Below, piece after piece: positions 25,750 through 38,181 of a DNA stretch of 52,543 nt. The notes beneath the pieces were generated by a model that did not search any database, was not told the DNA's origin, and worked only from the letters and a program-made list of their open reading frames with translations. A program made the translations under genes and the position numbers. Where the stretch lies: the NCBI GenBank assembly GCA_049999805.1, contig JBNGIO010005481.1, forward strand, positions 1 to 52,543, given 5' to 3'. Each line of letters starts with the position of its first letter. Position 1 is the first letter of the stretch. This stretch comes from Folioceros fuciformis. Taxonomy: Eukaryota.

Positions 25750-28527
25750 ATGGCGCGCAAAAAAGGAGGACGGGGTTCCAAGCCCAGAGGCAAAAGTGGC
25801 GATGTCGTGCAAGATCCCCGGTTTGCAAGGTTGCACGCGGATCCGCGCTTCCAGCGCATGCCAAAGAAAGATGCCAAGGTTCCAATCGATTCTCGTTTCC
25901 AGCACATTTTCGAGGACAAGGATTTTGCCGATCCTCATGCTCTGGACAAGCGAGGCCGTAAGACGGAGAAGAAGGACGTTCGTTCCTTGCGCCGCTACTA
26001 CCGAGTGGTTGATGAGGAAAAAAATGCAGATGACGAGATTGAATTGAGCGACGCTAAGGAGGATGAGAAGCAGGAGGAGGATGAGGAAGAGGAGGCTGAG
26101 GCCGCGGACTCAGAGTCGTCGTCCTCGTCCTCGGATGAGGAGAGTGAGCTGGAAGCAGAGGATCCGGCAGAGGAGGTACGGGTTTGGGCCTGAATGTGGG
26201 GGTTGCTCGTCGTGCTGCAGAGTGCAGCTCGAGAGACTAATCATGCTCAGGTTTTTGTGTACAGGAGGAGAAGGTGCCCGTTACGGATGAGGAGACAAGA
26301 CGGTTGGCCATGGTCAACATGGACTGGCAGCACATCAAAGTAGGTTTCATAATATGAAGGGCTTGTTGATGTCCCGTCGCTGGCAAAGAAACGATTAGGC
26401 GAATGCATTGTAGCCCTTGCGTTGAAAATACTTGCGGTGACTGTACAGGCGGTTGACTTGCTGGTCCTCATGCGGTCCTTCCTGTCCAAGACTGGGGATA
26501 TAATATCCGTGAAGGTCTATCCATCAGAATTCGGCCTTGAGCAGATGAAGCAGGAGGAGGTCCAAGGTCCTTCTGATGTTTTCGATGCGGACGAAGAAGA
26601 TGAGGATTCTGAAAAAAACATGGAGAAGCTGAGAAAATATGAGAAGGCAAAATTAAGGTTCCGTTGTTGATACTGCTGTATGGTCATTTCGTTGAGTACT
26701 TGCGGTATGATGTGCCCCCTTCATCCAGGGCTGTTGTGCTTATTGCTACGTGGTTGTCGGGTATGTGTGTCATTAGGTATTATTATGCAGTGGTGGAGTG
26801 TGATTCCAGTGCAACTGCAAACTCCTTGTATAAAGCGTGTGATGGAATGGAGTTTGAACGCACGTCAAACATTCTTGACTTGCGCTTTATTCCGGATGAG
26901 ATGGAGTTTAAACACCCTCCTCGAGATGCTGCGACGGAGGTAAAGACCTCCCTTTAGAACGGACTTGGGAGCTATTAGGCAGGTGAAAGTTTGGCACTGA
27001 ATGGTTCATTGTGGCTCTTAAATCTTAAGAGGTGCGAGGTCTTGCAGGTTCCAGTTGAGTACAAAGCACCAGAATTCGAGACAAGAGCTCTCCAGCATAG
27101 CAACGTAAAACTGACCTGGGATGATGATGAACCTGTGCGCGTGAAAGCTCTGCGGCGGAATTTCAATGCAGATCAGGTGAACGACTGTAACCTTAGCTGG
27201 TTCAGACGAATTATTTCTGAAGTTATAGGGTAGCTTTCTAAGCTGTGTCATGATAGTTCTGACCCTAATTCAATTGCAGCTGAATGAGATGGACTTTGCG
27301 GAGTATCTTGCTTCTGATAGTGATGAAGAAGATGATGAGGAGGTTGATGTCGAAGCCGGGGCGCGTGATACCAACTCTTCAGACCCGGAAGCTGGAATAG
27401 CCAGCAACAGGAAGGATAAAAAGAAGGAGAAGTATCGAAGTCTCCTGTTAGGGGACCCAGTGGGCGAAGACCAGGAAAAGGAGCAGGAAGATATGGAAGT
27501 CACCTTTCACACTGGACTGGATGAGCTGAGCGAACGGCTCCTGCAGAAGAAAGAGGAAAAGAAGAGGGGGGAGGAGACTGTGTGGGAAGCGTTTTTAAGG
27601 AAAAAGAAAGAGAAGAAGAAAGCAAGGGGGAAGAAGCGTAATGAGACGACTGACAGTGACGTCGAAGATGGTGATGAGGATAACAGGGCATCTATAAGGG
27701 GTGGAAATGATCCCTTCTTTGATCAAGGCCATGATCCATTCAATGATCCCTTCTTTACCTCTGCTGATGGCCAACCTGCTGAGGATACAATCCAACGCGC
27801 TGCAAAAAATAAGTTACAGAGCAGGGCGAAGCAATCTGATCTGGAAGTTGAAAGGGCTAAGAGGAGGAAAGAGAAGGCGAGTGCAAAGGAGGAGGAAGAA
27901 AAGAGGAAAGCAGAACTGGAGCTTGTACTCATGGATGACCACGGTGTGCAAAATGGAGTGAAAGGGTTCAATCTGAAAAAACAAAAGGGCAAGAGGAACA
28001 AGAAGGCGCAGCAAAAGGACGAGAGCGCACAGGANNNNNNNNNNNNNNNNNNNNNNNNNNNNNNNNNNNNNNNNNNNNNNNNNNNNNNNNNNNNNNNNNN
28101 NNNNNNNNNNNNNNNNNNNNNNNNNNNNNNNNNNNNNNNNNNNNNNNNNNNNNNNGCAAAATGCATTGGGAGTTGACTTGGAAGACCCTCGCTTTGCTGC
28201 ACTCTTCGATAACCATAACTTCGCCATTGAACCGACGGATCCACAGTTCAGACGGTAATCCCAGTTCTACCTATGTTCATTCGGATCCTTCTTGTCCCAA
28301 CCTTTCTGCCAAGATCATCACTTGTTTGCCACTATGCCTGTCGCAGATCGTCAGCACAGATGGGTATCATAGCAGAGAAGCAGAGACGAAAGGCAGCCAT
28401 GGCTGGTACCACTGACACTGTGAACTACCCCAGCGACAAAGTAGCTGAGCCGTCGAGGAAGAGGAAAGCTGAAATCACATCCGCGGTCCAGACTCTGAAG
28501 AGGAAGTTGGGTAAACCTGGCCGTTAA
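25750..28527 (+). CDS. ESF1: Pre-rRNA-processing protein ESF1 (NUC153 domain); spans an N gap
   Basis: DPRFARLHADPRF..IDSRF...DKRGR; ETRRLAMVNMDW; VKVYPSEFG; KLRKYE..KLRYYYAVVECDS; LDLRFIPD; VKLTWDDDEP; YLASDSDE; NUC153 DLEDPRFAALFDNHNFAIEPTDPQFRR. Confidence 0.93.
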
Positions 28528-30013
28528 AGCAGGTAGGTCACATCGTGTAGAAGCAAGAATTAACGGACCTTGCGCGGGATGGTAATGTCCTGGTTTTCGG
28601 GTCCTGAGTGTAACTATAATGGAAACTGAACTGTCTACTACGTGTAGCCTGGCACTGGCATCGAGGTCTCATGTACTTGTGTCTGAAGTCAGGATGCCGG
28701 GAGCCTCTCTTTCGTGCTTGTGAGGTCCGCATCAATCTGACGGGTTCGAGAAGAGATGGTGCCACAGAAGCTCGTGCTGCTTTCTCTGCCTCACTACTTG
28801 TGTGGACAAGATGCTAGCAATGGACGCTAGGACTGAGATTGTAGCCAAACGAGGTCAGCCCACTTGATGTCGGCCATTTACCATTCCAAAAGAGGGCAGA
28901 GGGGGCTCCCTCGCCTTTTTCATCAACACCACCATAGTGGCCGCCTCAATCCAGAGGGTAAGTGTGGAGAAGCTCTTCTTTTGCTGTGGAAGCCCATCCT
29001 CATACACACACTCTCCATCAATGTTGCTCACTTTACAGGTCACAGAACTCTAAAAGGCATGTGTCGTGGAGAGAAGCTGAAGGACTAGGAATCCGCCTCC
29101 GAGTAAGTGGGGCAGTACTCAGGCACGTACATATGTACTTGCAAGCATGTGAAGTGAACTCGATCTGGTACTTGCAGCGACAGTGGTTTGGCAGTTCTGG
29201 TACCGGTAGGCAGCAAAGATTCACAGCGGAATGCACTTCTCCAACATGAGACAAAACTGGTGTCAGCCAGCTGGTGAGTTCTGATTCTGTAGCACGTGGC
29301 TAGCTAGTTACATAAAATAGCAATTGGCCAGATACGGCTACACGCCAGGCTCAAGAGTCAGGGAACGATGGACACTTTCGAAGACTGTGTGCAGCAGATC
29401 GAGCTTCCAAACCTGATCGGCAACGTTAACTGGCCAACATCAGCATACATTGTATCAGAGAGAGGAAGGAGCAGTCGACCCAGCTTCTGAAATGGACTGG
29501 CCTTTGAGATCGGGACTAGCTGGATCTATAGACGCAACAGAGATAAGGATAGCTGCACTTCTCCCTAAGCAGAAGCTCCAGCTCACCCTGATTTACATAT
29601 TGTATATTACTTGTAGTGACACAGTAACCAGAGGTGTAGGCCCAGCCACGCAGACGCTTCTCACAGGTTCTTGCCAACTGGCCTTGGTTTGTGCATACGC
29701 TTGGAGTCGGGGATGAGAAGCATCTACTGTGCAGGAAAACCTCCACCACCAAGGACAACTCCAAGGGCCACATTCAAGTTAACGTTCTCGGCCGTAGAAT
29801 AAAATGGGAAGCTCCGCCCAAAGAGCGCTACGTGTGAACTCCATGCTCCGACACCATACAAATCGAGGAAGAGGTCCAAAGAAGTGATGTCGGCCGACGG
29901 AAGAATCTCCGCACAAAGATATCCAGTCCGAGATAGATCCAAGTGAATCATGCTTGTCCGACTAAGATGAAGTGAAAAATCACAACATTTAGCAAACCTC
30001 CTGGGAATAGTTC

Positions 30014-30108
30014 ATTCTCAAGACACGAGAACAACACAACACGAGAACAATTCTCAAAGCACGAGAACTATTCTCAAACGAGTTGTATTGACACGAGAAC
30101 AACACAAC
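30014..30108. repeat. Short degenerate direct-repeat cluster (acgagaac / attctcaa units) upstream of the terpene synthase
   Basis: acgagaac x4, attctcaa x3, gacacgagaacaacacaac x2. Confidence 0.75.
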
Positions 30109-30381
30109 TTGGTAAGTGTCAGCATACAAGTGCCCTCGGATTGAACGATTTAAAGTGGCAGTTCAGAGAACGCGAATGGGAGCCACCACACAGTGTTTTT
30201 GTTCTGCTGAGCGCGGGGATTGTCTGGTTAGGCGTATTTTCAGTCGTTTGTACAGCATGAATGTGTGAGGTGTGTCACTACTCCTAGCAGAAGCTGCACA
30301 GCAGTCCTTGTGGCTTTCGTACATGAAAGCGCAGCTTCAACTTTGAACCCGAGACTTCCAGTTTCTTCTTCCTTGAAGCAC

Positions 30382-31530
30382 ATGGACCGGAAGGCCACCC
30401 GCGTCAGCTCTTCGGCAGACTCTGCTTGTGTCGCACGGCAGGCCGAGGTCGCTGTTCCTGCCAAGCCTCTTCCTCCCGTTGCCAGGCCAGTTCCGTTCAT
30501 GAGAGATGATACTAACGGTGGCGTGAACACCAGCGTGCTGAGGGATGTTTATATTGATTTCCTGCAATGCGTGTCCTTCTCCAAGTCCTGGCAGTTCTGC
30601 AACCCTGAGCTGCTGGACACCGTCGCCGAAGGGATGAAAGCAAACGGCGGAACCCACCTGTCGGAAGGGCTTATCAGACTGTCCGCCGGCTTTGCAAATC
30701 TAGTATACGGCTTCCACCCGGTGGACCTGCAAGCCAAGATCGGGCATTTCACGGCTCTGGCCATATACGTGGACGATCTGGCAGGGACGCTGAAAGGGCC
30801 AGCGCGAGAGAGATACATTGAGGACCTGCGCTTGTTCCAGATGAGGTTCACCGACCCAGAGGGATACGCGAGGCGGTACCCGGGCCGGGGGGACCTGCAC
30901 GAGGGGCTGGAGAAATTCATAGTCTTCCTCAAGACAGACCAGAACCCCTTCTTGCCCACGGACATCCGGCTGCACAGTCTCATGGTCAAGGCCGCTTTCG
31001 ACTTTATAGAGGCCAACCTGCAGGAGCAGCACTATGAGGAGCATCCGATTGAGTTCACTGCTGACATGTCTCAGCTCCCAAGGTTCTTCCGCTACAAGTC
31101 TGGCATAGCTGAGGTCTACGCGTACTGCATCATCATGCGACCCCCGTCCTCGGGCTCTGCGTCGCAAGATGAGCACTTCTTTTACAACAGCCTGTATCCG
31201 ATGGTCCCCGAGCTCATCGATTGTTTCGACTTCGGCAACGATGTTTTGTCCTTCTACAAGGAGATGCTGCAAGGAGAGAACGCCATCGGCATTGTGAGCC
31301 ACTCCAGGATTCACAGCCTGCCGCTTCTTCATTCCTTTCGGGCCAGAGTGGAGGCTGTGATCCTTGCGAGGACAAGAGCGATGGCTCTGGCCGATAGGAC
31401 TGGCTCCGATGCAATCAAGAGCAGGATTGTGACATTCTTTCAAGGATACATGAGTTGGCATCTCGGGAGCAAACGGTATCGGCTGGATGAAATTCTGGGT
31501 GGGTGGTACAACGGCGGCTCCTGGCTGTAG
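30382..31530 (+). CDS. MTPSL: Microbial terpene synthase-like protein (MTPSL), fungal trichodiene synthase (TRI5)-type, intronless, 382 aa
   Basis: Class I terpene cyclase motifs: YVDDLAG (DDxxx), RYKSGIAEVY, NSE motif NDVLSFYKE, terminal WH...KRYRLDEI. ATG at 30382 (the ORF track starts at an upstream GTG). Confidence 0.88.
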   Translation: MDRKATRVSSSADSACVARQAEVAVPAKPLPPVARPVPFMRDDTNGGVNTSVLRDVYIDFLQCVSFSKSWQFCNPELLDTVAEGMKANGGTHLSEGLIRLSAGFANLVYGFHPVDLQAKIGHFTALAIYVDDLAGTLKGPARERYIEDLRLFQMRFTDPEGYARRYPGRGDLHEGLEKFIVFLKTDQNPFLPTDIRLHSLMVKAAFDFIEANLQEQHYEEHPIEFTADMSQLPRFFRYKSGIAEVYAYCIIMRPPSSGSASQDEHFFYNSLYPMVPELIDCFDFGNDVLSFYKEMLQGENAIGIVSHSRIHSLPLLHSFRARVEAVILARTRAMALADRTGSDAIKSRIVTFFQGYMSWHLGSKRYRLDEILGGWYNGGSWL

Positions 31531-31880
31531 GCTTTCGACAATAGAAGACAATGGAAGTGTGCTCACTATTCCTAGTACTGCATGCGCAGGTCCTTGTGTG
31601 CCATCCGGCTTGAGGATGATTAGGCTGTGCAATGTGAATTATATGTGGCGTTGTATGTGCGTTTTGAATTTGATCAATCCATTCTCTGGAATTGGATCGA
31701 TCTATGGATTGTATGGATGCGTTCTTAATTTGAGGGATTATTAATAATATGATTACACCAGCTCACGCTTTATAATAAAAAAATACAAAAGTACACGATC
31801 ATAGAGAGTCCCTGAAAACACTCTAATAAACTACTGTGCAAGATAATGCTTATCCATTGCTTTTTACAAAGAACATTGGC

Positions 31881-32080
31881 CAATGTGGTGATTATAACAA
31901 CAACAAGTACAGTGCTTTGTAAAGAGCTAGAGATAGTCAATGCGGTGGTTAGAACAACAAGTACAATGTTTTGTAAAGAGCATTGACTTCTTCAAAATTA
32001 GGGATAGGCAATGCGGTGGTTAGAACAATAACAAGTACAATATTTTGTAAAGCATTGACTTATTCAACACTAGGTATAGT
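31881..32080. repeat. Degenerate tandem repeat, 3 copies of ~57-71 bp
   Basis: caatg(t/c)ggtg(a/g)tta(t/g)aacaa..caagtaca.t..tttgtaaag..c at 31881, 31938 and 32009. Confidence 0.85.
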
Positions 32081-32545
32081 AGGCCTTTTGGTATTCCATA
32101 TCCACTTTTGCTATTCCACATCCAGCACAACTATATGACATATTAATGTTAAAACTGACATTCCTTCTCAAGTAATATGAAATTTAGACATGAGCACTAG
32201 CCACGAGGGCAATAAGGCCTCCAAGTGTCTTCTAGGATGTTGTACTAGCATTCTCTATAAAGAAGGAAAAAACAAAGAGCTAGGTCTACAATCACGTGAT
32301 AACGCACGTCCACGGTGCAGGGCAAGGAGATGTGAGCATGTCTAGATGCATTCCGAACGAGGAAAAGAGACGCATGCTCGTCCTACTTTGAAAGGGCAAA
32401 AAGGCGCCAACACTGTAGCCTCTGCGTAGGGACCATAAGCCATGGCGATCCGGTCCTCCACATGCGGATATTTCAAAATCCGCGTTGGAGTGGAGGGAAA
32501 ACGATCCAGTGTTCCTGTGCTCTCACCGACAACTGTGGGGGCTTG

Positions 32546-35500
32546 TCATGTGTTCCAAAGTACCTTCGATTGGGCACTTTTGGTGACACGAGTCTTGCGG
32601 GCAGAATTTTGTGGGTCCTGGTTGCCTTGGCAGGCCATGATCGGAGGGTTGCGCATCCTCTCGATGCGCTGCGCTGCACTGGTCCTTGGGTAGCGTGATC
32701 TCTCGATGTGTGAGTCCCTTTTCTCATTTATGCTGCACGGATCCGTGGAAAGGCCAGGGCTAAGGATGAGTGCGGGTCTACTTCTGCTGCACATTGCTGG
32801 AGAGCAGCGGGTTCCCAACAACAAGGCCCAGTTGCGGATTCTTTGGCCTCGAGAATTCCAGTTTACCTCCTTTCACGTTCAAGCACACGGCCCAGGCGAT
32901 CGAGCAATGTTCCTCTCTCTATTTCTGTCAGAATCGATGCCAAGGCGGGACCGCCCCTTCTGCCAAGCTGGCTCAGATTGCGATGGGCAGGCTTGTGATC
33001 AGGGATATCGATGAAGGTTCTAGTACTACAATTAACCACCAGCGCGCTGACGTCCATGTTAAAGTTGTCAGGGACTTCCTGCACAGATTGTCTTTCTTCT
33101 TGCACTCGCCGATCGCCTTGGCCTCTGCGTCCAGATGTGCATTTCTTGCTCTCGCTAGATCCTAAGTTACTTACAAAGATAAGACATTGAATGGCTTTAA
33201 TTAGAGATCAATTGTCAAGCAACCCGTTTCTAATGGGATCATTTGTGCGACGCTGCTGTCCATTTCCAATGTGATGTACCGTGGAAGACGATGATTCTAC
33301 ACTCTCTGTCTGTCATTTAGCCTTACCATGTTAGATCTCACGGGAGGCTGGACAAAGAGCAAACCCGAACAAAGGGCTGGATCAGTCAGTCGACACTCAC
33401 TTGTGGTGGAAGACTTATGGCCCATAAGAGCGCTCGGGCAATTTCAGAGTAAGGGCCCTACACTCACAGCAACGTGGAGTATTCTCAAGCCCTTCTCGTG
33501 ATCAACTTCACTTCAATATTGCACACAAGTCTTGCAGTTCTTGGTGGAAGTCAAGGTACAAAAGGACACACATTGGGTGTAGCCATCCCACATGGATGAA
33601 CAAGCTTGGACACCAGTGTATCTACAAAGAAGCAGGAAAGAACAGTCATAAATTGAAAAGGTGAAGGCTCAGCACGTTGATTTCGAGAAACACAAAGTAC
33701 ACACCGACGTGCGCTACCTGGCTTCACAGCAGGGCCGCAGCCCTGACCAGCTTTGCACAAGGTGATCTTGGCCTTACACACTGCAGGCTGTAAGCACATA
33801 ATGGGTGGCTGAATAGCACCATCTCCAGCCAGAGACCTCTCACTGGAGAAGAAGCGGAGAAAGGCTTCCCATGTCACAGCACCCATGCCCTCCACATCAA
33901 TGCGGTTGAAAACCCCCTCGAAGGACTCTCGCCGTCCATCCTTGCCCTTGGCCCTGGACAGTTGCATGAAAGCTGCTATCTGCACAAGGAAACACCAATG
34001 CATGTTGAACCTATGCTGGTATGTGCGCTCTATGCAACAGAAGGGTTTTGTGACAAGCCGTTGTATGAAACGCACATCCTTGTCCCTCTTCATGGCATCC
34101 ATAAGTTGTGGCTTGCTGATAGTTCTGCAGGCAGCAGGATTACTCCATTGATGAATACGGAGACTAAAGCAGCACGAGGCATTCCTGGGCTGCCGGGCAG
34201 TGTTGAGGAAATCCTTACCCAGAGTTCTCGCAGTCAATCTTGTTGAACATCTCCAACAACCTTTGGTACTCTTTCACAGAGACCCCTGCACTAGCTGCCA
34301 AGGTACGGACGTAGGCAACATCCCTAGCTGCTTTGCTCGCCTTGCGCACTGCTGCAAATGCTGTGCTCACTTGCTCCAAAGCCCTAGCGTGATAGGAAAC
34401 TGCGCTGTGCAGAAACTGCTCAATCAGTTGCTGCGCACAATGGTAAAATTTGTCAGCCGGCTGCGTTCCATGCCATCCTGTCTCTCCAAGCGGAAAGAGT
34501 TGGAGCCAGGGCCAGAGCCAGGGCAAGGGTGCGGGCATTGCCAAGAACAACCTGGTAGGGCTCGAATGGGTCTCCACAGTCGCCAGGCCACCGAGGTTGC
34601 CACCCATCCGACATAGCCTTCACAACCGGCTTCCCCTCATTCCTCCTTGTGGGTATGACTCCGCATTCTGGATGCTGATGGCAAACAATCAGAATAAGGA
34701 GAAGGTTCACCCTGTTGCTGCTGGAGACCTAGCTCGACGGAGATGCATTTGAAGAGGCACCTTGATGACTCCCTTGGATCCAAACAACAAAGCTGACGCA
34801 TCCAAAGCTGCCTTGTTTCGTTCAGCCTGCCAGATGTAAGAAAAATTAGCTGCTTGCTCGTTCCACGGGACCACCAAAGAGGCAAGTGCGGGTCAGGGAA
34901 CAAGACCCACCATGAAGGTACGCAGCTCCTCCATAGCCAGAATGGCTTCTGCAGCCGCCAGCAGGCTCCCAACTTGCTCCTCTGCGGGGGCAAAGTTCAC
35001 AGAATACGCGTAAGCCAGCCAGGAAAAGCAACCCATCTGGAAAGTCGAGAATGGACAGTAGACACCCACGGTTAATCTGGAAAAGCTCAGGATCACATTG
35101 CGGGGACAGCATCTGCTCCAAACGGGCACAAGCCTGGACAGCAGTGGAGAGCTCGACGTCCACCTTCTTCAACCCTGCGCCGTACACAGCACTCCACCAC
35201 TCAGCACCCAATTCAACCAAGCTTTCTCCTCCACTGGCAAGTTGCACATCTCTGTTGAGGAACACGGAAATGAATGGACAGGACTCTACGCTTGGTTTCA
35301 TGCGCCCATTGCCGGACTGCCAGCCTCAGAGCTCTCACGTGGCTGCTGCGCTGGTACTGCGGGTCCTTCCAGAACTGCCCGCATTCCAGCAGCTGCTGCC
35401 CGATCTCGGACATCAGAGTCTCGCAATTGGCGGTCGACCTGGACCGCGCCCTACAGCACGGTGGCTTCGACATGTTGCTGCCTTACAACTGGATGTGCTT

Positions 35501-35662
35501 AGCACCCGCCACCTCGATTCCGATCGTGATTGCAGCCTGGAGCTCCTGTGAAAGCGGCCACTGGTTCCGCGTTCTGCGAAGCCTAACGGAGAGACTACAG
35601 CGTCATACGACCGGGATCCAACCGTCATAACGGTAGTTACCTGCCTCCTCAGTATTTTCCAT
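32546..35662 (-). CDS. Multi-exon uncharacterised protein with a pair of degenerate EF-hands; boundaries approximate
   Basis: Spliced LEMFNKIDCENSG/TISKPQLMDAM...FEGVFNRIDVEGMGAVTWEAFLRFF; open exon-like blocks with GT-AG borders from 32546 to ~35660. Start codon uncertain. Confidence 0.6.
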
Positions 35663-35843
35663 GTGGCGGAAATTTTACATCCAGGTCAGGCCGCTTAGGA
35701 CGAAGTTGAGCGGGCACTAGGTAACTACAGTAGTTGCATGTTATGGTACAAGCACCTTCACTGCTTCCAATTCCTACCACCTAACTACCTGCCTACGGAG
35801 TGTTAGAAGATTTACAGTGCTCGTCCTACAGGTCGTAGATCAC

Positions 35844-38181
35844 TCATTCCTTTGGCTTCCTTCCTTGGTCACGGATTCTACGTAAGCCACTTCCCACCAT
35901 GACTGTGGAATACAGAGAATGGGTGACCATGCTGGCCAAGATGTTGCCAGTCTGCAACAATGAGGGCAGTTGGTTGGTATCATAGCTCGACGATAGTCAT
36001 GAAACTTTTCATCTCTGAGAGAACTTTCTGATGAGCACAAGGTGTAGCGTACCTGGACCCATTCCAAGCCCAGGTACAAGGCCAGCAATGCTTCCATTAG
36101 AGGGGAATAGATCTTTCGAGATTGATGACGCTCGTACCAGACTGTTCAGGAGCAAGGGGAGTAAGGATGAGGAGTAGACAAGATAAGCATTGTTGGAGGC
36201 AGCAAGAGGAAGAAGGCTACTACCTTCGACGCGTTTCTTCAGATCTCGTCTGCCCTGGTTGCTGTAGGATATAACGTATTTGGGATCTGCAGCAAATGAC
36301 TTCGTGACTGTAACTTCGTGATTGCCTGCACCTAGTCAGTGACAAGGTTGAAAAAGCAGACACCCAGACCAGGCAACATGTTTGGTACCTTTCGGGGAAG
36401 TGGTGATATAGTACATAGAGCCTATGAGAGAGGAGGTGAGAAATGCTGCCAGTCCTTGCGCGAAAGGCACAAACATCGGGATGAAGCCAGTCTGTGACAA
36501 TCCAAATACATCGAAAAAGTTATTTCTCCCGCAAGTTTAAGATGGTAAAGTCAGAGATCAGCAATGGGTGAGCACAAAAGCGACAAGTAGATTACCAGTG
36601 CTGCTATTCCATGCACAGTTTCATCCACACCGCCAGTCCCGGATATCTTGAGTGCGTGTGCAAGGCTGCCCTGTGGCAGAGGCTGAAATCAACGACTTGT
36701 CTTCCTAGATGCATGTGCAACGACAAGGAGGTTTGACCCCGCATGAGAATTGAATGAGAATGGAGGCTCTGCAAACATGCCATGCCACCGACCTGAATGG
36801 CCACCCGGAAGAGCAGCTCCTCTGAGAGTGCTCCAGCTGCAGCAATTGAAGCAAACTGGCAAGAGAGAAAAATCTACAGCTCAGTTTCACAACCAGGCCA
36901 ACCATCTGGGATGCACTGGTAGCAAGCAACAACCAGACAGAAACTGTACATTTCAGTTTCGCACCACCCAAGCCCCACTTGGGACACATGATCATGCAGC
37001 AACCGTCTGACCATCTCAAACCCATCTCTGACTTTGCGAACGGAAACAGACCTGCCAAGGTGACATGCCAGAGAAAAAGCTTATGAGATCTTTGTCTTCC
37101 ACCTCTCGTACGGCCCTTGCGGCGGGCCAGGCCTTCACCACTTCATCCTGCCACCAACACGAACCAGCTATCCCACCGTCAGATAAGATCCAGCATCACC
37201 GAGCGCATACCGGACGCATTTGGGCACCCACCTCAAGGATTGCAAGTGCCAAAATCATGGGGGGCACCGCATACCCAAGGCCCGTCATAACCATCCCCAT
37301 GTCCCAATGAAAGCCACCCCAGCAATCCACCCCAACCACGTTACACAGCGCATTGCCGGCAAAGGCTAATGCTCCGTACATGACTGTCACAAACAGCAAC
37401 CAGCGCATGCATCCAGTTAGCCACCCCACAAACCTAAACCCACCCCGCCCCCTTCCTGCAGCTCAGCGATGCCATAAACATCCACAACAGTATCTTACCA
37501 GCCGCATGTACCACCCTCACAGGCATGTTCACGTGCTCCCAAGTCGGCTCCGACCCATCAACAATCGGATGCACACTCCACTCTGTGCCCTGAGATTACC
37601 AACGCGCATGAGAAATCAACCCCCCAGCTTCCATCACTCCAGTCCCTATCCGTCCTACTCTTACATCTGCGTGCACGTCTCCAAGCTCGCTGAGATTCGT
37701 CCGATTCCGCGCCTCATCCTCCAAGCCATCCGTCCCAGTCCCCCCCACAGCCCTTGGCGAACGTGACAGCCCCGAAATTCCAATCGATCCAGGTGCACCG
37801 AGAACTCCGCCCAGCGCATAGCCAAGACGACATGCTCTCCCCTTCCTCCACTTGGCTGCGAAAGGGGCCAGCCCAGGCGAAAGGCTCCTCCTCTCAAACC
37901 TCCCACGCAATAGCTGGGACTGGGTAGCGAAATGCTCGCGGCTTCGCCCACGGAGGAAGCCGGGCACTCTGGGTCCAACACGCACATTTCCACAGAGAGC
38001 CATCCAGAAGTGGGGAACGGAATAAAAGGCGGGTGGGGATTACACGCACATCATCGACAAGAGAAGACGAGACTCTGCAGCAGACAGGGCTGGAGCGTGG
38101 ACCCCGCCAGGAGACGCGGCATCCATGGAAACGAGCGCAATTCGCTGGTGGCAAGAAGAATCTGGAGGTGCAGGTGGCCAT
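35844..38181 (-). CDS. BCM1: Chloroplast CAAX protease-like/Abi family protein, BCM1/BCM2-like
   Basis: Transit-peptide-like N-terminus; GLGYAVPPM..ALAILE/DEVVK..P.ARAVREVED.DL.SFFSGMSPWQ; EELLFRVAIQ; EALLALYLGLEWVQTGNILASMVTH; stop TGA 35844-35846. Confidence 0.8.

Noticed and set aside
30700-31632. 310-aa antisense ORF over the MTPSL, and similar antisense ORFs over RPL19, GT2 and AFG1L
   Set aside because: Shadow ORFs of GC-rich coding strands with no recognisable motifs
31881-32080. CRISPR-like repeat/spacer appearance (also 10049-10138 and 30014-30108)
   Set aside because: Eukaryotic context, degenerate tandem units without unique constant-length spacers, and no cas genes
25750-35662. 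Possible terpenoid biosynthetic gene cluster around the MTPSL
   Set aside because: Neighbours are ESF1 and an EF-hand protein; no P450, prenyltransferase or reductase in the window, and the GT2 is a conserved Golgi-type enzyme
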